Below are positions 58,115 through 64,000 of a DNA stretch of 64,000 nucleotides, in pieces. Source of the stretch: Candidatus Thorarchaeota archaeon (GTDB lineage Archaea; Asgardarchaeota; Thorarchaeia; Thorarchaeales; Thorarchaeaceae); the NCBI GenBank assembly GCA_048882045.1, contig JBHLRZ010000002.1, forward strand, positions 96,001 through 160,000. Reading direction: 5' to 3'. How positions within the stretch are numbered: position 1 is the first letter of the stretch; every line of letters starts with the position of its first letter. The position numbers and the translations under genes were made by a program. The notes under the pieces are model-generated. The model saw only the letters and a list, made by a program, of their open reading frames with translations. It did not search any database and was not told the origin of the DNA.

Positions 58115-58981
58115 TCAGCCAGTCAGATGGTCAAGAATCGGATCTGCAGGTACCCTGTTCATGCTTAGGCCGATTTCTTCTTCATCCATTCCTAGGGCGA
58201 GTCCAAGGATCTGGGGGTACAAGAGCACTGGTAGACCATACTCCTCTCCATAGGACTCCTTCAGACCAAGTTGTTGTAGATCAAGTTGATTTCCGCATGC
58301 CGGACAGACCACAGTGATAAATACAGCACCGAACTCCTTCATAGACTTCAGCTTATCACGTGCTAGACGTATGGCTAATGATTCGTTCACTGGAAGAACT
58401 GTTGCTCCACAACACTGTTTCCATAGAGGATATTCTACAACTTTAGCACCTGTGGCCTCTACCAGCTCGTTCAGATACTCAGGCTTGAACTCAGTCACAT
58501 CTACAGGACGAAGAACATGGCAGCCATAGTGAATTGCTATTCCTACACCATCAAGAGGTTTGGCAATTTTCTTCTTTATCTCTTCAATACCAACATCTGT
58601 GTAGAGCGCTTCCACAAAGTGACGAGGTGTTATGGATCCTTTGAACTCCAGCCCTTCTTTTTTCAGGACTGCATTGACTTTCTTTCTGTAATCGTCATCA
58701 TGTTTGAGAAAGTGATACACATCTTTGAGTGTGCCAAAACAACCATTGCACGGGGTAACAATATCATGCCCGTTCTTCTCCGCGATTGCCAGGGTCCTTG
58801 CGTTGATGATCAACCATCCCATCATGTCAATAGCTCGTAGATTTGGACTTCCACAACAAGCGACCCCTTCCATGTATTCAAGCTGCATATCAAAAGCTTC
58901 TGCAACCTTGGACATAGCAGCCTCATAATTTGGGTAGTTTGCAGGTACACTACAACCCATGTATAAGTTGTAAACTGGCAT
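58115..58981 (-). CDS. hdrB: heterodisulfide reductase subunit B
   Basis: Two CCG domains: GC...CCG...PCNGC and HYGCH...CCG...CPAC. Confidence 0.93.
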   Translation of the reverse strand: MPVYNLYMGCSVPANYPNYEAAMSKVAEAFDMQLEYMEGVACCGSPNLRAIDMMGWLIINARTLAIAEKNGHDIVTPCNGCFGTLKDVYHFLKHDDDYRKKVNAVLKKEGLEFKGSITPRHFVEALYTDVGIEEIKKKIAKPLDGVGIAIHYGCHVLRPVDVTEFKPEYLNELVEATGAKVVEYPLWKQCCGATVLPVNESLAIRLARDKLKSMKEFGAVFITVVCPACGNQLDLQQLGLKESYGEEYGLPVLLYPQILGLALGMDEEEIGLSMNRVPADPILDHLTG

Positions 58982-59533
58982 CTACTCCTCCCCCTCCACG
59001 AGTTTCTTAGTTCTTGTTTCGGACAGAATCTCCTTAACAGGATCTACTGCAAGACCAGGTACTTCCGGTTCCAGACCCATGTCTTCACGTTCCCAATCTG
59101 CAGTGACTGTATACAGCTGTCCTTTCTCCAACAGCTCTTTTCCCAGACCAACAATATTGGGTGGTACTTTCCCTTCTTCTGCTGCCAAATTTTTGCAGTC
59201 AAAGAAGATGTCAGTGACCCGTACTTTCTGTGGACATCTCTCCTGACATTGGAAACATGTCAGACATAGCCAAATTTCCTCAGAAGAGAGCACTTCTTCT
59301 CGCATACCCAACAATATCATTCGAATCAATTGATGGGGTTTGTATTCCCAGAAGTTTGCGATAGGACATGCAGCCGTGCAGGTCGAGCAAGCAAAACAGG
59401 CTGATAGTTCCTCCCCATTTGGCATGCTATGAATCTCTTCACGAAACTTTCTGTCGAGTTTTGACATGTCTATGGGGTCAATCAATGTGACTGGGGGTCC
59501 GGTTGGTTCAGCTGGTTCATCTTTTTCAGCCAT
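58982..59533 (-). CDS. hdrC: heterodisulfide reductase subunit C
   Basis: CFACSTCTAACP, WLCLTCFQCQERCP. Confidence 0.93.
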   Translation of the reverse strand: MAEKDEPAEPTGPPVTLIDPIDMSKLDRKFREEIHSMPNGEELSACFACSTCTAACPIANFWEYKPHQLIRMILLGMREEVLSSEEIWLCLTCFQCQERCPQKVRVTDIFFDCKNLAAEEGKVPPNIVGLGKELLEKGQLYTVTADWEREDMGLEPEVPGLAVDPVKEILSETRTKKLVEGEE

Positions 59534-59632
59534 GATGCACACCACAAGCATTTGTTAGCTTTTGGCAGATGATAGAGCGATTTTGCATCCCATATTAAAA
59601 GTTTACAGACGTGACGAGTTTTGTGAACTTTG

Positions 59633-59821
59633 CTAGTCTGGTAGTCCTTTGAGATAGATCAATCGTAATATTCCAGTCAATCCAAGTGTGACAAAGCCCA
59701 AGTAGAGAGCTACTTCGATTATCCCCCAAGAGGGTGGGAGATAGACCAGTACCCCCAATACAGCTAGCACAAAGCACACAAAACCAACAAGAAAGAAGGG
59801 CCATGAACGTGGAGCTGACAT
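59633..59821 (-). CDS. small 2-TM membrane protein
   Basis: 62 aa, hydrophobic. Confidence 0.5.
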   Translation of the reverse strand: MSAPRSWPFFLVGFVCFVLAVLGVLVYLPPSWGIIEVALYLGFVTLGLTGILRLIYLKGLPD

Positions 59822-59861
59822 GATATCGCTAGCGCTTAATTGACACTTAGGACTTTCTGTA

Positions 59862-60149
59862 CTATGCTGTCTGGAGTAACTGTAGCACTTTTTCCATTCG
59901 TGTTCTCAGGTGATGATAAGGTTGTATTGAAGATTCCCTCATTTCTGCGCACGTCTTAATCAGATATCCCTTGAGATCTTCACTATCTCCCTTCAGTTTG
60001 GCAAGCGTAGGACTTGTCCCATTTAGAAGACGTAGAGTGTTAGTAAGCGCAATTTGGAACTTGTCATGGTCTAGACTCACTCTGTTTTTTGCTTCTTCGA
60101 TATATTTGATAATTGATGTAATCTCCGTGATGACAGCATCCTTCTTCAT
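59862..60149 (-). CDS. hypothetical protein
   Basis: 95-aa helical ORF overlapping the GINS stop codon. Confidence 0.6.
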   Translation of the reverse strand: MKKDAVITEITSIIKYIEEAKNRVSLDHDKFQIALTNTLRLLNGTSPTLAKLKGDSEDLKGYLIKTCAEMRESSIQPYHHLRTRMEKVLQLLQTA

Positions 60150-60775
60150 TCCATATCCTCCTCAGGAACAAAACGAACAACTGTACCATCGCGCAACCAG
60201 TGACTCACATTGGCTGCTGGAAGTTTGGCAACGGACTCCTTCTTGAAAGGTCCATAGGTTTTCTCATCAAGACCCATTACCTGCTCTTCGATCTCACGTA
60301 AGAACCTGACATAGACATAGTCAATCTCATCAGAGTCTGATGCAAGATCAGAGTCTTTTTTCTTTGCCTCTTTCTTCTGCCTTTTCTTTTTCTTCTTCGT
60401 TGATGGAGTTCCAGCCAGTGAGTCCTTAACGAACTCTGTGTGTCCATCTAGAGCGTTCTGAAACCTGTTATAGAAGTCCTCTTCTGAGAGGGTCATGTCC
60501 CCTCTTGGTCGATGACCTGACAAAGCAGCCCTCAGAATTTTCTGTTTTCGAATATTGAGCAGGTCCTCTATCATGAACTCAAGATTAAGGATCTCTTGTG
60601 TTAGGATATCCGCTTGAATGCGTTCTTCTGAACCAAGAGCCGCTAAGGAGAGTCGTACATTGGAAAGATATGATACCATTTTACTGAGTTTCAAATCACC
60701 CAAATCTTGAAGTCCTTCATTCTCTTGTTCACTCTTCCATGCTGATTGTATGTCTGAATATCCTAGCTCACTCAA
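60146..60775 (-). CDS. GINS complex subunit (Gins51/Gins15 type)
   Basis: Helical A domain (LNIRKQKI, MTLSEEDFY) and B domain VRFL...GLDEKTYGPF; follows priS. Confidence 0.88.
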   Translation of the reverse strand: MSELGYSDIQSAWKSEQENEGLQDLGDLKLSKMVSYLSNVRLSLAALGSEERIQADILTQEILNLEFMIEDLLNIRKQKILRAALSGHRPRGDMTLSEEDFYNRFQNALDGHTEFVKDSLAGTPSTKKKKKRQKKEAKKKDSDLASDSDEIDYVYVRFLREIEEQVMGLDEKTYGPFKKESVAKLPAANVSHWLRDGTVVRFVPEEDME

Positions 60776-62156
60776 TTATAGCAACTCCTTTACACAATGC
60801 AAAAGCTGCAGATGCTGAAGGCAGCTCTACAGATTCACCATGGAATGGACCATATTCTTCATCACCAATTCTGTAACGAGGGACGCCTGGGTCATCGTAG
60901 AGAAATTTGACCCTCATATGTCCTTCATTGAATGCGACTGCATCACGAAATGGGTCGAAATCATCCAATTGTTCACGAGTCAATTTTGTAACTGTAAATC
61001 CGGTCTTGCCATTAAGACTACCTATCAATCGTATAACTCTATGAATATCATGTGTCACAGGCCGGTCAATCTCCCCACCATAATATTCAGCCGCTCGTTC
61101 AGCAATTTCTTGCCATGATTTCAATCCAATAGACTTAGCCTCCTTACTCAGGATTGGAGGTCTTCTGAGAAGACCTTCAAGAGCTGCAACCTTCCCAGCT
61201 TTGAGTGATTTTACCCACCGTTCTGTTCCAGAGTATGAGTCAATGTCACGAATGAACTTGACTATTGCGTCAGCCATCTTCCCAGACCAACCAGGAAAGT
61301 TACGATCAGGAACTCTGTTCACACTTCCTTGCGAAACAATGACTTTTTCCGAGTTCAGTCCGAGACCCATGATGTAGTGCACGATTTGGATTCTGCTGTT
61401 GGAATCAAGTGCATACACAGCTGGATCATGGACCCTTATATGATACCCTCTATGTCCACTATAGTTGAGTTTGATGGTGCTTGGATCAAAACCAAAGTCA
61501 TTGATGAGGAATTCATCATAGAGCTTAACTGTGTGTTTCTTTGCTTCTTTCAGACAGTTTTCGCATACCCATTTTCTTGTACTGAAGCTCTTCCCCTCAC
61601 AGTCAGGGCATTGATCTGGAGGAGGTCCCGAACCGGTCTTGTGGCAGCTATTGGTATTGCATCTCCAAGTGTCATGGTCTGCTGCGCAGGAGAGGTCAAG
61701 ATGATCGGCATCAATGTCAAAGACAAGTTCAGCCCCTGTCCATTCCTTTTCTTCCATAAAGCGGGCAACAGGAATGTTATAGAAAGCAGCTGAATGGTAG
61801 ATACTATGAGGTGCTACAGCGACCAAATCCTTCAATAGCTCTTCTCGGTTCAAATACCCTACATGACGTTTCCACATGGTAGTCTGAATCTCAGTAGAGC
61901 CGCAATTTGGACATGTCGTAACTGGATCAAAGGATTTTCCGGATTGCCCACAACCATAGAATACATCTTTTCCTGATTCATCACGACTTCGTCTCTTTGG
62001 ACAGAACCAGTTGTGTTCCCAACTCTGAATTCCGAACTCCTTGGTATGAATCTTTTCAGGTGTGTCAATAGAATCAGGATTGGATTTGTAGTATTCATGA
62101 AACATGAATCTTAGTTTCAGGACTGTACTTGTGAAACTCTGATTCTGTTTCGACAT
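60768..62156 (-). CDS. priS: DNA primase small subunit with Cys-rich insertions
   Basis: EFG, RH, AELVFDIDADH, YSGHRGYH, ID..VT.DIHR.IRL.GSL..KTG. Confidence 0.95.
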   Translation of the reverse strand: MSKQNQSFTSTVLKLRFMFHEYYKSNPDSIDTPEKIHTKEFGIQSWEHNWFCPKRRSRDESGKDVFYGCGQSGKSFDPVTTCPNCGSTEIQTTMWKRHVGYLNREELLKDLVAVAPHSIYHSAAFYNIPVARFMEEKEWTGAELVFDIDADHLDLSCAADHDTWRCNTNSCHKTGSGPPPDQCPDCEGKSFSTRKWVCENCLKEAKKHTVKLYDEFLINDFGFDPSTIKLNYSGHRGYHIRVHDPAVYALDSNSRIQIVHYIMGLGLNSEKVIVSQGSVNRVPDRNFPGWSGKMADAIVKFIRDIDSYSGTERWVKSLKAGKVAALEGLLRRPPILSKEAKSIGLKSWQEIAERAAEYYGGEIDRPVTHDIHRVIRLIGSLNGKTGFTVTKLTREQLDDFDPFRDAVAFNEGHMRVKFLYDDPGVPRYRIGDEEYGPFHGESVELPSASAAFALCKGVAIIE

Positions 62157-62161
62157 GATTC

Positions 62162-62923
62162 CTACCCACGATCTGCCCTACGTTCTACCCGTGGTGCCAG
62201 AACGAAGCTAATACTACCAGCTTCTGCGATTGAATACTCTAAAAGCATTGGTTTGTTTGATGTGAATTGAAGCATCAGACTGTCACTAGCAATTGCTTTG
62301 GAGATCTCTGAAAGATAATTCAATGCATACATTGCGACTGATTTACCGGACACTTCCAATTGAAACAGCGCTGGTGCATCCCCCTTTGTTGTAAGAGCCA
62401 CATTGGCCTCTCCAGTATCACCTTCTCCTGCAAATGCAAGTTTGTCACCCTCCGCGGTTATTTTCACGTGGCTTGACACAACTGCAATGTCTTTGATTGC
62501 TTGTTTGAAAGTATCAGACAACATCTCAGCCTTAACATCGAAATCGATTCCTGGTTTCTTCGTCTGGTCTTCCGGTGGCTTTAGAAGCTGAAGCTTGAAC
62601 ACTCTGTCTGCTTGACCAATCATCTTGATCTCGAAGCGATTATCATCAAGATTGAATTCAAGATGTTCATCACCTGCCATACGCTTACTGATTTTGGTCA
62701 ATTCATCTATTCCGAGGCAGATATCATGCTCGCCCTTGCATTTGTACTCTTGGAATATGTCTTTAGGAAGGGCCAAGTCGACCATTGCTGCTTTGGATGA
62801 GTCAAGTTGACGAAGTGTTATCCCTGACTCTGAAACACGAAAGTGTGCTTCAGTGAGAAGCGTTGCCAACGAGTCTATAATCTGCTTCCAAGTCTTCGTA
62901 CTATCAAGTGTCGCGTGAAACAT
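62162..62923 (-). CDS. pcn: PCNA sliding clamp
   Basis: LDSSKAAMVDL, YALNYL, FVLAPR. Confidence 0.95.
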   Translation of the reverse strand: MFHATLDSTKTWKQIIDSLATLLTEAHFRVSESGITLRQLDSSKAAMVDLALPKDIFQEYKCKGEHDICLGIDELTKISKRMAGDEHLEFNLDDNRFEIKMIGQADRVFKLQLLKPPEDQTKKPGIDFDVKAEMLSDTFKQAIKDIAVVSSHVKITAEGDKLAFAGEGDTGEANVALTTKGDAPALFQLEVSGKSVAMYALNYLSEISKAIASDSLMLQFTSNKPMLLEYSIAEAGSISFVLAPRVERRADRG

Positions 62924-63039
62924 TCCATTATCTCCAGCTTTGAACTAGATTCTCTGAATGAGTTCAGGATTTAAAATGTACCTCTCGGCAAACCCAAGTT
63001 GATTATTACTATCATATCGAGTTGGAGGTATATGAAGAC

Positions 63040-63411
63040 CTAGCCGCTCATTGTTCGGGCGACCTTCTCTTCCATTTCTAGTGTTTCCTTGTAAAGTTCA
63101 ACATCTAACTCATCGATATTATGAGCAATTGTAACATTGAGTCTGAGCTCCATACCATCTTCTACTTTCTTCTCTGTCACTTCTCCAATTATCATGTACT
63201 TGTGTTTGATCTCAAGAGGGCCTTCAAAACTCACTGGTATCTTCTCTGCTTTCTTTACATCGTCAAAGATATCCTGTATTACAGCAAACCCTGGACCAGA
63301 ATCAACAACGATACCCATCACTCTTACTGGATGATCAGTTTCTATGGATAGGTCTCTGATCCTCATGAGTTTCGATGGTTTACGTTGGAACTTCCCTTTC
63401 TCTTCCGTCAA
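63040..63411 (-). CDS. small OB-fold protein (RPA small-subunit-like)
   Basis: RIRDL...VRVMGIVV...IQD...IIGEV. Confidence 0.65.
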   Translation of the reverse strand: MTEEKGKFQRKPSKLMRIRDLSIETDHPVRVMGIVVDSGPGFAVIQDIFDDVKKAEKIPVSFEGPLEIKHKYMIIGEVTEKKVEDGMELRLNVTIAHNIDELDVELYKETLEMEEKVARTMSG

Positions 63412-63494
63412 GAGTGTTGCACCTCGCAGGTCACATTGGGGTCTAAAATTCGAGGGCTATAAATCTGTGGTCGTGTAGGGTGTAGAACACTTGG

Positions 63495-63824
63495 TCATCC
63501 GCCGTAGTTTCGCCATGTATGCTTACATTTTGTGCATCGGTAGAACTCTGTAGCCCCTTCATCTCCACGTCTTGTCTGAACAGTCCAGTAATATGCATCA
63601 GTATTGTCACACTTCGGGCAGGTTGCTTTTGTGACCGGCATTGGAATCGAGTCATCCTCGACGACGACAATCTTGTCTCTTGGTGTCTTCTCGATGTTCT
63701 GAGAAACTGTCAGTCTTCCTTTGATCTCCTTTGTATGGTCACAACTTCTACATTTCAGGACTCTTGAACCATCCTCCTCGGTCATTGGGACCATCATTGC
63801 ACCGCACTTTTCACAGAATTCCAT
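63495..63824 (-). CDS. tfs: transcription factor S
   Basis: FCEKCG...CRSC; CPKC...QTRRGDEGATEFYRCTKC. Confidence 0.95.
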   Translation of the reverse strand: MEFCEKCGAMMVPMTEEDGSRVLKCRSCDHTKEIKGRLTVSQNIEKTPRDKIVVVEDDSIPMPVTKATCPKCDNTDAYYWTVQTRRGDEGATEFYRCTKCKHTWRNYGG

Positions 63825-63886
63825 AGGAAATCAACTTCTTCGTCGGTTCATGGTGTTTTCAATTAAGCGTTATGACGATAGTCAAT

Positions 63887-64000
63887 CTAAGGTAACGAAC
63901 TAGCGTATTCTTCAAGTAGTTTCTGAAATGAGATTGCTGCAACTTCTCCCTCCCTCTTTCTGCTTGTCTTGGAATTGATATCAAGTGTCTTTGTGAGTGA
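63887..64000 (-). CDS. C-terminal end of a gene running off the window
   Basis: Open frame SLTKTLDINSKTSRKREGEVAAISFQKLLEEYASSLP*. Confidence 0.45.
   Translation of the reverse strand, partial: SLTKTLDINSKTSRKREGEVAAISFQKLLEEYASSLP

Noticed and set aside
1-64000. Many antisense or nested ORFs in the track (e.g. 9549-10154, 14817-15275, 19207-19737, 37405-37962, 53974-54450) and 5066-5374
   Set aside because: They shadow well-supported genes or have no protein-like features.

Overview
Archaeal chromosomal window, mostly housekeeping genes. An Asgard (Thorarchaeia-like) origin is inferred from gene content and protein style but not proven. Core content: Elp3, RNase HII, fibrillarin/Nop5, PyrDK, two tandem type II MetAPs, DnaG, a protease-less Lon-like ATPase, pelota, a TtuA/Ncs6 homologue, the S6e-aIF2gamma-PIN-RpoE-Spt4-S24e-S27ae cluster, L15e-Rpp30-Pop5, and TFS-PCNA-PriS-GINS. 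RNA genes: a stand-alone 5S rRNA, an intron-containing tRNA-Trp and a multiply interrupted initiator tRNA-Met. Main leads: (1) an integrase-free array of small accessory gene cassettes at the 3' end of the initiator tRNA, separated by copies of that tRNA's 3' end (one perfect 26-bp direct repeat pair plus a degenerate copy); (2) a ~740-nt hairpin-rich non-coding region upstream of dnaG, whose likely conserved N-terminus has no canonical start codon (in-frame ATG-AAA-TAG, then ATA); (3) an HdrCB plus split HdrA (QmoAB-like) operon coupled to a 753-aa coiled-coil/wHTH/ferredoxin protein; (4) a second, stand-alone AEP primase-polymerase. No CRISPR array, transposase or integrase was recognised. 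All calls come from reading motifs by eye; no searches were run.
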